Assembly (NCBI GenBank): GCA_021513715.1
Contig: CP084167.1
Coordinates: forward strand, 1,088,001 to 1,152,000
Source: Candidatus Heimdallarchaeum endolithica
GTDB taxonomy: Archaea > Asgardarchaeota > Heimdallarchaeia > Heimdallarchaeales > Heimdallarchaeaceae
DNA length: 64,000 bases
Direction of reading: 5' to 3'
Part shown: piece by piece, positions 30,953 to 41,485 of the stretch
Numbering within the stretch: position 1 is the first letter of the stretch
Layout of the letters: each line of letters starts with the position of its first letter
Notes under the pieces: model-generated
Seen by the model: the letters and a program-made list of their open reading frames with translations, nothing else
The model's database searches: none
What the model was told of the DNA's origin: nothing
Translations under genes and position numbers: made by a program

Positions 30953-32134
30953 ATGAAAATGCGTGAAATAATTAAAAATGTATATTGGTTAGGAGCTGTT
31001 GATTGGGATAGAAGGCTTTTTGACTCCCTTATTCCTTTACCTGATGGAACAAGCTATAACGCTTACTTAATTAAAGGAAAGGAAAAAACAGCGCTAATTG
31101 ACTCTGTCGACCCACCAATGACAGAGAAACTATTAGAACAGCTAAGTTCTATTTCTCAAATAGATTACATCATCTCCCATCACTCTGAACAGGATCATTC
31201 AGGAGCTATCCCTGCCGTTTTAGAGCTCTTTCCTTCTGCTACTGTACTTACTACAGAAAAAGGAAAAGACATGTTAACAAACCATCTTCTTATCCCAGAA
31301 GAACAGTTTAAAGTAGTTGAAGATGGAGAAGAAATATCCTTAGGTGATAAAACTTTACGTTTTATTCATACTCCTTGGGTTCATTGGCCTGAAACAATGG
31401 TTAGTTATCTAGTTGAAGATAAAATTCTTTTCTCGTGTGATTTTTTTGGTTCTCATATAGCTACTACAGACCTCTATGTCACTGACGAGGGGTTGGTCTA
31501 CGAAGCTGCAAAAAGGTATTTTGCAGAAATAATGATGCCCTTTAGTAACATTATCAAGCGCAACATGACTAAAATTGCAGAGTTAAAAATAAAACTTATC
31601 TGTCCGAGTCATGGACCTATTTATGATAAACCAGAATTTATCCTCAATGCTTATGAAGAATGGATCTCTGACAAAAGAGAGAATCTTGTAGTCATCCCTT
31701 ACGTTTCTATGCACGGGACAACTAGAAAAATGGTAGAATACCTTGTAGGAAAATTAGCTGAAGAAGGTATAACAGCTTATCAATTTGATTTAGTAGGAGG
31801 AGATATAGGAAAACTTGCAATAAACCTAGTGGGAGCAGCTACCGTTGTCCTTGGAACACCCACTATACATGCAGGTCCCCATCCTCTTGCAGTTTATGCA
31901 ACCTATCTACTAAATGCTATTAGGCCAAAAATAAAATTCATAACTGTAATAGGTTCCTACGGCTGGTTTTCAAATACTGTAAAACAAGTAGTTGCTATGG
32001 TTCCTAAATTAAAAAATGCTGAAATTTTAACACCAGTATACTGTAAAGGCTATCCAAAAGAGGAAGATTTCAAAGCGTTAGACCAGTTAGTGCAAACTAT
32101 TGTAGAAAAACACAAATCCTTGAAATTACTCTAA
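30953..32134 (+). CDS. fprA: Flavodiiron protein (A-type flavoprotein)
   Basis: GTSYNAYLI, HSEQDHSG, PWVHWPETM, SCDFFG, PSHGP; flavodoxin domain SMHGTT. Confidence 0.92.
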   Translation: MKMREIIKNVYWLGAVDWDRRLFDSLIPLPDGTSYNAYLIKGKEKTALIDSVDPPMTEKLLEQLSSISQIDYIISHHSEQDHSGAIPAVLELFPSATVLTTEKGKDMLTNHLLIPEEQFKVVEDGEEISLGDKTLRFIHTPWVHWPETMVSYLVEDKILFSCDFFGSHIATTDLYVTDEGLVYEAAKRYFAEIMMPFSNIIKRNMTKIAELKIKLICPSHGPIYDKPEFILNAYEEWISDKRENLVVIPYVSMHGTTRKMVEYLVGKLAEEGITAYQFDLVGGDIGKLAINLVGAATVVLGTPTIHAGPHPLAVYATYLLNAIRPKIKFITVIGSYGWFSNTVKQVVAMVPKLKNAEILTPVYCKGYPKEEDFKALDQLVQTIVEKHKSLKLL

Positions 32135-32173
32135 ATTCTACAAAGGTTTAAATAATTTATCATTAATAAATTT

Positions 32174-32776
32174 TTATTTTTTTTCGTATATCTCATCTAT
32201 AAAATTTTTTACAAAAGGCATTTTTTCTATGGATCTAACAATAGATTCCTTTTTAATATCTTCTAGAGCAACTCTATTATAGAGGTATCCTACCATAGAA
32301 CCGAGTTTTTCTTTCCAAGGAGAACGAATACAAGCGATTCTATTAGTTAGTATTTGAATAGAGTATTTTTTTTGAATACTATATATTTGATTTATGTTTG
32401 CAAAGGCTATTTGATTGTTAAATCGAGGTAAAGGAGAGAGAAAAAACAAAAATCGTTTTGTATTAGATGACAACTTCAAAATCCTTTGGATAATTGAATC
32501 TAATAAATTCTTAGGTGGTTTGTTATTTGAATATTTTATTTTATATTGATTGATGATATCCTCTAAAATCTGATCTAATGTGAATATAGGAGAATAAGTA
32601 ATATAATCAAGATCTTTTGGATTCTTTAAATCACAAGTGTAAGTTAAAACAATAAAAGCTGCTTCTTTAGGTTTTATAGGCTGCAATGCCTCAGATTCAA
32701 AGCTGGTAAAAATATCACCCTGACAAAGATGGTCTGGGTGATCTTGAATTTCCAAATACATTCGAGGAAATTCCAA
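32174..32776 (-). CDS. Hypothetical protein with a QGDIF...VLTYTCDL motif (possible PemK/MazF-like fold)
   Basis: Third gene of a coupled operon; start is TTG 32776 or ATG 32761. Confidence 0.6.
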   Translation of the reverse strand: MEFPRMYLEIQDHPDHLCQGDIFTSFESEALQPIKPKEAAFIVLTYTCDLKNPKDLDYITYSPIFTLDQILEDIINQYKIKYSNNKPPKNLLDSIIQRILKLSSNTKRFLFFLSPLPRFNNQIAFANINQIYSIQKKYSIQILTNRIACIRSPWKEKLGSMVGYLYNRVALEDIKKESIVRSIEKMPFVKNFIDEIYEKK

Positions 32777-32789
32777 ATGAATCAACACC

Positions 32790-33167
32790 CTAATCTGTTT
32801 CTTCGTCATCTTCAAAGAGAGATAGAGGAAGGTGAAATTCATGGGTTCTTGCTTCAATGATCTCATTAATTTTATTAGAAAGTTTTTCAATTTCAGTTTT
32901 TAATTCGTTAATTCTTTTACTTGATTCATTGACCAAAAGTTGATATTTTTCTGATAATTGAGAATACTGTTCTGATAGCTGATACAGTTTTTCTGAAAGA
33001 TATTTATTTTGTGCCTTTAGAAGTTCAATTAAACCTTTTTCGGAAATAACCTCTTCTGTTGAAGATGCATTATTATCAATTAATAAGCTAATATCATTGT
33101 CTTGAAATTCACTTGTTTTTTCTTTTTCAATATTATATTTGTTCACTTGAATTGACAAATAATTCAC
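32790..33167 (-). CDS. Small coiled-coil protein with an acidic tail
   Basis: 125-aa ORF overlapping the upstream stop (GTGA). Confidence 0.6.
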   Translation of the reverse strand: MNYLSIQVNKYNIEKEKTSEFQDNDISLLIDNNASSTEEVISEKGLIELLKAQNKYLSEKLYQLSEQYSQLSEKYQLLVNESSKRINELKTEIEKLSNKINEIIEARTHEFHLPLSLFEDDEETD

Positions 33168-33889
33168 CCTTTTGTTCTCTCAATAAACTTTTTTTTAATA
33201 TTCTCTTTAAAAACTGATAAAAGTTCTTTATGTAAATTATCAATAATAGAATTGACTTTTGAAATTTCTCCTTCAATCTCTGTATAGGCATCAATATCAA
33301 TTCTGTAGGTATACTGACCTAAATTATCCTTGATAAGTAAATTCCATAAAGTTATTTTATATTTGTCTGAAGACCATCTATACTCTGATTGAAACTGGTA
33401 AGGAGGATGATTTTCTATAACATCAACAGATATCACAGGATTAAATAGTTCCAATAGTTCTTCGATAAGATCATTTTTTTCTAAAGGAATATCATTAGTG
33501 TATCTGATACCTACTCGTGTATAACGATCTATTTTACAGAGTTTAAAGAACTCAAGAAGATACTTATTAATGTCAGCTTTAAATGCATTATACCCAGGAT
33601 ATTTTGATAAGATATACACTAATCTATTTACATTTACCTTTATTTTTTTATTATTGTCTTTTGATGTAAAAATCCATTCATTCAATTCAGCAGGAGGGTT
33701 GGGAAGAATTCCTGCAAGACCACTTAAATCTATTTCTAAATTCGGAAATTCATTCCTAATCTTTGCTTGGTATTCAGGAATTTTGTTTCTTGTAATTAAT
33801 AGAGTAGGAAATCTAATATCACATGCAACTGACACTAAATAATTTGACTTTAAATTTGATAATGAGGAAACTGATTCCATTAACTTCAC
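33164..33889 (-). CDS. TIGR04255-family protein
   Basis: LVSVACDIRF, YPGYNAF, RVGIRYTN and IDIDAY motifs. Confidence 0.75.
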   Translation of the reverse strand: MKLMESVSSLSNLKSNYLVSVACDIRFPTLLITRNKIPEYQAKIRNEFPNLEIDLSGLAGILPNPPAELNEWIFTSKDNNKKIKVNVNRLVYILSKYPGYNAFKADINKYLLEFFKLCKIDRYTRVGIRYTNDIPLEKNDLIEELLELFNPVISVDVIENHPPYQFQSEYRWSSDKYKITLWNLLIKDNLGQYTYRIDIDAYTEIEGEISKVNSIIDNLHKELLSVFKENIKKKFIERTKG

Positions 33890-34234
33890 TATTATTATTA
33901 ACTAATATAATCTTCAAAAGAACTTATTTGAACCTTTTTATATTTAGTACTTGTTCTACACAAAAATTTTTTTAAATAATAAAAAAGATTGAGGAACTGT
34001 ATTCCTCCTAATTAATAGCACATCTATTGCTTTACTATTAATAGATTTCAGTAGTAATTTACAAATAAAAAGAGAAAATGGGTATTTCTTCTCTTTTCTT
34101 TTTTGTAATATTAAAAAACTAATTTTTCAGAAATTCTCTTATTTTAGAGCTTTGAAAATGTAATTCAATGAAACTTTCTAATTCTAAAAATCAAATGGTA
34201 ATAATTAAATAAGATTTATTTGAATTGACATTAA

Positions 34235-35043
34235 ATGTTAGAAAAAAATGTTTTTTTTTCTCCTTGGTCTTATTTAGCTTTTACCTTAATTTATTCCTGG
34301 TCTTTTTGGTTTATTGCTATATTCTCTAATAAAGAAGCTCTTCAATTTCCCACTGTTATCTTCTATCTTCTTGGAGAAACAGGTCCTGCTGTTGTTTTTC
34401 ATATTCTTCTCTATTTAAACAAAGAAAGTGATATGTAAGAATTTTGGAAAAGAGTTATTAATTTTTGTTGTATTAGTTTTTCTTGGTTTGGCATTATAAT
34501 AGTTGTTACTTTATCAGCTTCACTATTAGCAATTCTAATAGCTTATCTTTTTCAATTTGGTGAGAGTAATTTTACTGGAATAAGAAATTTTTTTACAGAA
34601 CCAAGTTTAATTTTTCTAACAATAAGCTTGAACCTTGTTGCTGTTTTCTTGGAAGAAGTAGGGTGGAGAGGATATGCTTTAGACAAATTACAACTTAATT
34701 TTTCTGCTTTGCTATCCAGTTTATTCCTTGGTCTCATTTGGGCTGTTTGGCATATTCCAATTTTTTTCATTAAAGGAACCTATCAAAATGAGTTAGGATT
34801 CAATAGTTATCAATTTTGGTTATTTATGTTCAACATCATAATCCAATCTATATTAATAACTTGGATATTTAACAACACTAACAGAAGCATTTTAGCAGTT
34901 ATTTTCTTTCATTTTTTTGTTAACTTCTTTGGAGAAATTTTGATTTAGGTGATAAAACAGAAATAGCAAGAGCAGTTATTTTCTTTGTCTACGCATTATT
35001 AGTAATAATTATCTTTGGCCAACAATCTTTCGTAAAAGAATAG
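34235..35043 (+). pseudogene. CPBP (Abi/CAAX) intramembrane metalloprotease pseudogene
   Basis: EEVGWRGY, WAVWHIP and FHFFVN motifs; in-frame TAA at 34436-34438 and a frameshift near 34940. Confidence 0.8.
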
Positions 35044-35183
35044 AAACTATTAAAGAACTTTTTTATTTCATTTTATTTGTTTTAGTTTCAACCTTTTAAT
35101 TTTTTAAATTAAATTATATTTGTTATTTTTAAAATGCGTTATATTTAAATACAGTTATTATACATTTAATTAGATTATTAGAG

Positions 35184-35495
35184 GTGATAAAAATCATTAA
35201 GAATAAAACTGGAATCTTCGTTAACATTAGATTTTGGACCGACTTTCCAGATACAGAAGAAGAACAAAAGCAAGCTTGGGCAGCCGGTACTCTGTATGTA
35301 AGAGCATCAGAACATCATGAAATAACATCAGAAAAATCTGTTCAATTTAACAACTTAGAAGAATTCATGATAAAGTTAGATGAAGTTTTAAAACTCAATG
35401 GAGTTAAATTAGTTATAAGGGATGAAAATGGTAATCTTGTTCCTAGATTGGGAAAGGGATATCCAAAGGGAACCTGGGCTGGAAGATATGAGTAG
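35184..35495 (+). CDS. Hypothetical protein
   Basis: 103-aa ORF with normal composition; gaggtg SD-like motif overlapping the start. Confidence 0.6.
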   Translation: MIKIIKNKTGIFVNIRFWTDFPDTEEEQKQAWAAGTLYVRASEHHEITSEKSVQFNNLEEFMIKLDEVLKLNGVKLVIRDENGNLVPRLGKGYPKGTWAGRYE

Positions 35496-35641
35496 ACTAT
35501 TCAGATTTCAAACTTGAATTTAAGTTGGGGAAATGTATAGAGTGTGATGTTCACGGAAAAAGTTTGAGTGAAGCTAAAAGGATGGTAATACAAACTCTTA
35601 AAGAATGTCAACAAAAGGACATAAGAATCATAGATATCATT

Positions 35642-35862
35642 CATGAGTTGAAATTTTACGTAATTTCTTCAGGACTCTCCCCAACCAACCAACAAACTTA
35701 GCGAAAGTTGTGAAGACTGGCTTAAGAGAACATGAAAGACACAGTCTCAATTAAGTTCTCAAAGGGGTTCATCTCCTTATCCCGGGAACTCATAACTCCC
35801 AAAGGGAAAACCGGGTGTCGTGGGAATGAAACCTACGTCTTTAAGCATATAGCTCAAGACAC
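35642..35862 (-). ncRNA. Putative structured RNA (omega-RNA-like) within copy A
   Basis: Same TATA box and stem architecture as copy B. Confidence 0.55.
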
Positions 35863-36016
35863 TAGATAAATGAGAATTAAATATATAAAGATAGCTGAAA
35901 AGTTGTTACACTCCCCAATATTTTGTATTTTTTATTTAAGCAAATGTGTTTCAGGTTGTTATTGGTCTAATAACTCCACAAACTAAAAATTTAGTTTTTT
36001 ACGTAAAAAAGTATCT
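35646..36016 (-). mobile_element. 371-bp non-coding mini-element, copy A, flanked by CATG/CATG
   Basis: Near-identical (about 7 substitutions by eye) inverted copy at 41111-41481; removal restores the Smr ORF; subterminal TTACGTAA palindromes at both ends. Confidence 0.9.
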
Positions 36017-37392
36017 CATGGTTACAAGAGGGGAAGAGTTCTAAAAGACTATTTCAAGTCGGATTCTTTTCTTAAGGAAACAAGAAAATTGGGATGTGAA
36101 CTAATATACGAAAATGATGATATTTTCTTAAATCCAGGTAGAACTAGTTATTTAATTCGATTCATAAATGGGAATGAAGAAAAGAAATCGATTCTATCAA
36201 AAGAATGGATAGGTTTTATTGCCCATAAAGAATCCGAACAAAAGACAGAAAAAGATTTTCAACAAGGCTTCTATTATATTAAAGAAGAGACACAATTTTG
36301 TGATGAAGAAGAATCAATATTGATGAGTGATAAAGAAGATGATGAACTAGAAGAAGAATACACTCTTTTCACAGATGAAAATGAACAAAAGAGAGAAGAC
36401 CAAAATAATTATGAATTCCTCAGCATCACAGTGCCTGAACGAGAGTACACGATTGATAATATTTCTCCTAAAGATAATATTGCTGATTTAATTCACGGAT
36501 TCAGATTGCGAATTCCAGAATACTCTAGTTATGATTTATTACTAGGGTTAACTTATCAGGGTTCTGGAGATCTAACACTTCGAATTTGTAAATATAATTT
36601 CTATAATCAAATGATTCTACCTAAAGATAATATTGATTTTATTAAATCTGATAAAAAATTGCATTATATACATGATTTTGCAGAGGGGTTAGAAAAAATA
36701 ATTGACAATTTTGCAACTCTTAATAAGATTAAACAAAATAAAGAAAGAAAAGTCTTAAATTCAAGTTTAAGAACAGGAACAAGTTGTTATCTTGTGTACT
36801 CCCTCTGCTATTATAAAGATAATAGACATATTGGAATAGCTTTTTATCCAATCGACAATAAAACAATTTTTCGAATCTTTAGGGTAGATCTTCCTTATTC
36901 AGCTCAATATGAAGTAAATATAAGAACAGATCATTATGGAGGGCACAAATGTATAGACATCTCTATACAAGGATTAAACTACAAAAAATTTATCATAAGT
37001 TTTAAAGAACTGTTTATGAAAATTCTTGAATATTTGGATGAAACAGATACATTATTTATACTTTGAGTTTGGAAAACATTCTTTAAATTGGAAAAAAGTA
37101 TTACCTCTCACGTGTCTGATTTGTTATATCAAACTTGCGATCGCAATATATACCTTTTTCGTGGTCCCTTTGCTCCAGTAAATTGATAGAATACAGGTTT
37201 GTAACTAAGACAAAGAAGAAGATAATACAAAATCATCACACCATAGACTTTCTTGTAAGATAAGCCGTAACAAAACAGCAAAGTGCATTATTATAAGGGC
37301 ATCTAAACATTTCGATAGAAATTAGTATATAGTATAAAACAAAAAGTTAAATAATAAAGCAAACATAGACTACGTCTAAAGGCTTGAAACAA

Positions 37393-38162
37393 CTAAAGTT
37401 TACAACTTTTTAATTTCTCAAATTGTATTAACTTTGTTAATTTTTTCAATAAGAGGTAGTAGTTCTTCCCTCTTTCGTAGAAGTATTTCACTGCCACATC
37501 TTGCTCTTTTAACACTCTAGACTGTATTACTGTTGCTCCTGTTTCTTTTGCGAAATACAACTTGTTGGGTCTATCGTCAATAATTAAAGAATTTTTAGGT
37601 TCAACTCCAGCATGTTCAAACATACGTCTATAAAAAATAGTATCTTTTCCTGCTCTATTTAGGATATCTAGTCCATAAAATTCAGTAAAGAGGTGGACTA
37701 TTCCCATTCCTTTTAAATATCCTTTCAATTCCCAAGAATTTTCAGCTGAAGCCGTATATAGTTTATATCCCTGGTTAGCTAGCTCTTTAACAACTTCAAC
37801 TATTCCAGGAACAGCAGATTGTACTCTTTATCTGATCCAAACTACTGCTTCTCTGGCTAGCTTCAATGGTTTATCAGGAAATTTTTCCATTAAATCAAGG
37901 TAAACAAACTTATCTTTAATCCAGTTGAACTCTAAGAAAGATATTAGTTCTGTATAATCTATGTCAGGATCATCCTTTATTGAGTTGTAATAGTTTTTTA
38001 AGTATCTTTGAAATGCGTATTCGTTTGCTTTACTCCAATCATTTAGTGTTTTTCCATATTTAGGGCAAAAAACTCGTAAATTAGTTTTTGCCATTGTTTC
38101 TCTCTTAAACTATTATTATTCAGCACTCCTCCGTCGTCAAAGAAAATATTCTCTAATTTCAT
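37393..38162 (-). pseudogene. HAD-family hydrolase pseudogene
   Basis: Start MKLENIFFDDGGVL at 38162, frameshift in a T-run near 38070, in-frame TAA at 37828-37830, motif IIDDRP. Confidence 0.8.
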
Positions 38163-38356
38163 CCTAAACGTCTAAATCTTTTTTGTTATTAAGATTTCCT
38201 AATTAACTCACTAGTCAATTACATATTCTTATTTAATTTGTAATAATATAAAATAATATTCTGTAACCATTTTAGTGTGCTTTATTAGAGAAATTATTGT
38301 AAAGTGTCTAGTTTAATAAGCAAAATTTATTATTCCACATATGTGTACGTGTATAT

Positions 38357-38563
38357 ATGGCTACAAAAACTATCTCGATAAAAGAGAAGGTATATAAAAA
38401 ATTAGTAGCAATGAAAAGAGAAAATGAAAGTTTTAGTCAGTTGCTTAATCATCTAGTTAACGAACAAATATCAAATGCTACTTTAGAGAAACTTAGAGGA
38501 ATTATGGAGTTCGAAGATTCAACGTCTCTAATAAAAAAAATAGAGAAAAGGAGAGAAGATTAG
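38357..38563 (+). CDS. VapB-type antitoxin (archaeal DUF217-like)
   Basis: MATKTISIKEKVYKKLVAMKRENESFSQLL. Confidence 0.8.
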   Translation: MATKTISIKEKVYKKLVAMKRENESFSQLLNHLVNEQISNATLEKLRGIMEFEDSTSLIKKIEKRRED

Positions 38564-38569
38564 ATACAA

Positions 38570-38599
38570 ATGATTATTTTAGACAGTGTGTTTAGATAA
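38570..38599 (+). pseudogene. Stub of the cognate VapC toxin
   Basis: MIILDS, the typical first strand of a PIN domain, begins 6 bp after the antitoxin and then stops. Confidence 0.45.
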
Positions 38600-38694
38600 C
38601 CTTGATAAATTTGCGTCTTATACATTTTCTTTAAATTAAATAATGTCACTATTCTTTTAGAAGAAATTTATAAATACTAAGAATAGAAGTATCT

Positions 38695-40380
38695 ATGATG
38701 GGTAAAAGGAATTTAATAGATATTGTTAATATTGGCCCTATCGAAGAAGCAAAAATTGATATTAATAATTTAACAGTGCTAATAGGGCCAAATAATTCAG
38801 GAAAATCCTATGCAATATTATTATATCACTCTTTAATAAAAGGATTAAACGTTTTGTTAGACCAATTTCAAGCTAGAATTCTCAAAAAATTGTATGAGGA
38901 TAAATTTAACGGAAAATTTAAAGCTATAAAAAAAGATGAAGAAAAAAATCTTTTTGAATTTATTATAGAATTCTTTTGGTTCATCATTGAAGAGTTTGTT
39001 TCAAGTGATATAGCAAGTAAAACAGAAATACCTCAATTAAATAAAAATGAGTTAAAATTTTTCAAAAAAGATGGAACTTTAAAGGAAGATCCTGACACAA
39101 TTTTAAAAATATTAGCTAACGAGATTGATGAAGTATGGCAATCCCTTATTAACGAAAAGCAGAATGTTGCAGAGATATTTTATAATAGTTTATATAAGAC
39201 TTTTAGATTAGAGCCCAATCATCTAATTTCATGGGGAAGTAATGAGAATAAATCGCTTATTAAATTGTATTATGATGATTACATTTTACAGATCGAACTA
39301 TTTCCACACAGTAAAGTTACGGACACACTAAAAGTAAATATTTCATATCCTTCAGAAAATTGGAGAAGACATATAATTAATGCTATTAATGAGATTATCA
39401 AATATAAAAGAGGATACACACTGTTCTTTGAAGAAGCTCTTGATGGAATATTATTTGAAGAACATAGAACCTCTAACGGCAAATCATTAATCTATAACAC
39501 AATGAGAACATTTATCTTGCGTAACTTCATTACAAGTTTAAGGAATGAACTAGTATTAACCTTGGTTATTCCTGCAGGGAGAGGAGCATTAATACGTGCT
39601 CATGATGTTCTTACATCTGCAATTATTAAACAATCTACTACAATTGGACTTGAAGAAGCAAGTTTTCCTGGACTTATGGAGCCTATAGCTAGTTTCTTAA
39701 TTGATCTAATAAATGCTAAAGACAAATTAAAAGAACATGAGTCAAGTAAGATAAAAGCAAGTAGAGAAATAGGAAAAATATTATTGGATTTTGATAAAAG
39801 TTTATTGAAAGGAAAAATAAGTTTTGTTGATGATAAGGATCTATTAAGTTCTCTTGGTAAAGCAATATATTATGAACCCTCTAACACAAATGAAAAGATA
39901 CCTCTAAGAAATGCTTCATCAGCGATAGGAGAGCTTTCAGGACTTAGACTGTTTTTAGAATCACATCTAAATGAATTGCATAACTCAATTATTATTATAG
40001 AAGAACCAGAGGCACATCTTCATCCAGAAATGCAAATAAAATTTGTTAACAATTTAATTGATTTAAGTAAGTATGTTAAAGGCATTATTATAACTACTCA
40101 CAGTGACTACATAACTCAAGGAATAAACATTCGCATTTTAGAAGATACAGTAAATAACTTAAAAGTAAGTAAGAAAGAATTAAAAGAAAAACAACCATTT
40201 TACAAAAAAGTTTCCGTTTATTGGATGAAATTTAATGGAAATAATCAAAGCATCACTCAAAAGATAGCAGTAGAGCCCGACGGATTACAACCTGAAACTT
40301 TTCTAGATGTTATTGACGAATTGGGAAATAAAACATCATATCTATTGTCCAAAATAGACAATTATAAAGAAGAACAGTAA
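38695..40380 (+). CDS. ABC-type ATPase (AAA_15/AAA_21, defence-associated class)
   Basis: NIGPI, GPNNSGKS, ASSAIGE, IIEEPEAHLHP, ITTHS. Confidence 0.88.
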   Translation: MMGKRNLIDIVNIGPIEEAKIDINNLTVLIGPNNSGKSYAILLYHSLIKGLNVLLDQFQARILKKLYEDKFNGKFKAIKKDEEKNLFEFIIEFFWFIIEEFVSSDIASKTEIPQLNKNELKFFKKDGTLKEDPDTILKILANEIDEVWQSLINEKQNVAEIFYNSLYKTFRLEPNHLISWGSNENKSLIKLYYDDYILQIELFPHSKVTDTLKVNISYPSENWRRHIINAINEIIKYKRGYTLFFEEALDGILFEEHRTSNGKSLIYNTMRTFILRNFITSLRNELVLTLVIPAGRGALIRAHDVLTSAIIKQSTTIGLEEASFPGLMEPIASFLIDLINAKDKLKEHESSKIKASREIGKILLDFDKSLLKGKISFVDDKDLLSSLGKAIYYEPSNTNEKIPLRNASSAIGELSGLRLFLESHLNELHNSIIIIEEPEAHLHPEMQIKFVNNLIDLSKYVKGIIITTHSDYITQGINIRILEDTVNNLKVSKKELKEKQPFYKKVSVYWMKFNGNNQSITQKIAVEPDGLQPETFLDVIDELGNKTSYLLSKIDNYKEEQ

Positions 40381-40393
40381 AGGAGGGGTTACT

Positions 40394-40963
40394 ATTCTTG
40401 AACAATTAAAAACTATTTACCCAAATTGTACTTGTATACAATGCAAGGAAGAAGGATTAACTGTTTATTTTACCGATAAAGAACTCCCACGGAATTATCC
40501 CCTCAAAAAATGCAAAAAGCAGATATCTGTTCTAGAAAAATTCTCAATTGATCCTCAAGGTACAACAAGAAATACAAATTGTGAATTTCCAATCTCATAT
40601 AATCAAGAAGAAATTTATCAAACAGGTTTTACTGACTTTTTAGCTGTAGTTAATAAAGAAAATAACTTTCCAGAATATTTATGCCTAATTGAACTTAAAT
40701 CTTCATTAAAAATAACAAATGAAACAGAAATGAAGAAAATAAAAAGTAAGTTTGAAAATACCCTTAAAGCTTTAAAAAACGATGGAATAAATCTAAATCT
40801 AAAAAATATTGTCTGTGTAGTATTTTATGGAAAAAAAAGATATTATCCTAAAAAATCTAAAGGAATCTTCATAAAAATGAATATCAATGTTTTCGGAACT
40901 AGTTTTCCTATATTTGAGTTGCAAAATTATAAACCATTATGCACTTTACCTATATTTGAATAA
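40394..40963 (+). CDS. Putative PD-(D/E)xK nuclease partner of the ATPase, with a non-canonical ATT start
   Basis: Frame is open from 40358 to 40963; strong SD aggagggg at 40381-40388 before ATT 40394; motif TDFLAV...LCLIELKS lies upstream of the called ATG at 40730. Confidence 0.6.
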   Translation: MLEQLKTIYPNCTCIQCKEEGLTVYFTDKELPRNYPLKKCKKQISVLEKFSIDPQGTTRNTNCEFPISYNQEEIYQTGFTDFLAVVNKENNFPEYLCLIELKSSLKITNETEMKKIKSKFENTLKALKNDGINLNLKNIVCVVFYGKKRYYPKKSKGIFIKMNINVFGTSFPIFELQNYKPLCTLPIFE

Positions 40964-41110
40964 GGAATTATATGTTTTTCATTATTTTGCAAGTTGATAA
41001 CCCTTCTTGTAAGGAGGTTCTAACTAGAAGAAGACCTTAAGGCAAGATAGAGTAAATTTATTGTTGATTTCATATTTTTCTTCTAATTTCTTGAAGAATT
41101 AATATCCATA

Positions 41111-41481
41111 AGATACTTTTTTACGTAAAAAACTAAATTTTTAGTTTGTGGAGTTATTAGACCAATAACAACCTGAAACACATTTGCTTAAATAAAAAAT
41201 ACAAAATATTGGGGAGTGTAACAACTTTTCAGCTATCTTTATATATTTAATTCTCATTTGTCTAGTGTCTTGAGCTATATGCTTAAAGACGTAGGTTTCA
41301 TTCCTACGACACCCGGTTTTCCCTTTGGGAGTTATGAGTTCCCGGGATAAGGAGATGAACCCCTTGGAGAACTTAGTTAAGACTGTGTCTTTCATGTTCT
41401 CTTAAGTCAGTCTTCACAACTTTCGCTAAGTTTGTTGGTTGGTTGGGTAGAGTCCTGAAGAAATTACGTAAAATTTCAACT
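41111..41481 (+). mobile_element. 371-bp non-coding mini-element, copy B, flanked by CATA/CATG
   Basis: Inverted near-identical copy of 35646-36016. Confidence 0.9.
41238..41245 (+). promoter_or_regulatory. TATA box driving the element RNA
   Basis: TTTATATA about 20 nt before the first stem (G41265); identical in both copies. Confidence 0.55.
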
Positions 41482-41485
41482 CATG
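41265..41485 (+). ncRNA. Putative omega-RNA-like structured RNA (about 220-nt scaffold plus flank-derived guide)
   Basis: Stems GTGTC/GACAC, GTAGG/CCTAC, CCCGG/CCGGG, AACTTAG/CTAAGTT and AAGACTG/CAGTCTT; loop TATGAGTT is complementary to the terminal AACTCATG. Confidence 0.6.

Larger units (their letters stand above)
35525..37066 (+). pseudogene. Smr-domain protein interrupted by the 371-bp element
   Basis: Joining 35525-35645 to 36021-37066 gives one frame: CDVHGKSLSEAKRMV...IIDIIH|GYKRGRVLK...NPGRT (Smr motifs DxHG, IIHG, NPG). Confidence 0.8.

Noticed and set aside
41265-41312. Hammerhead ribozyme in the three-way junction at the RNA 5' end
   Set aside because: The CUGAnGA and GAAA core is not present in the required positions on either strand.
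41141-41395. 84-aa minus-strand ORF in the mini-element
   Set aside because: It is antisense to the structured RNA and the equivalent frame in copy A has a stop (aga taa); likely spurious.
35646-41481. Composite transposon or invertible segment bounded by the two inverted 371-bp repeats
   Set aside because: Copy A sits inside the Smr gene, whose halves are collinear on either side, and each copy has its own CATR/CATG flanks. These are independent insertions, although they could still recombine.
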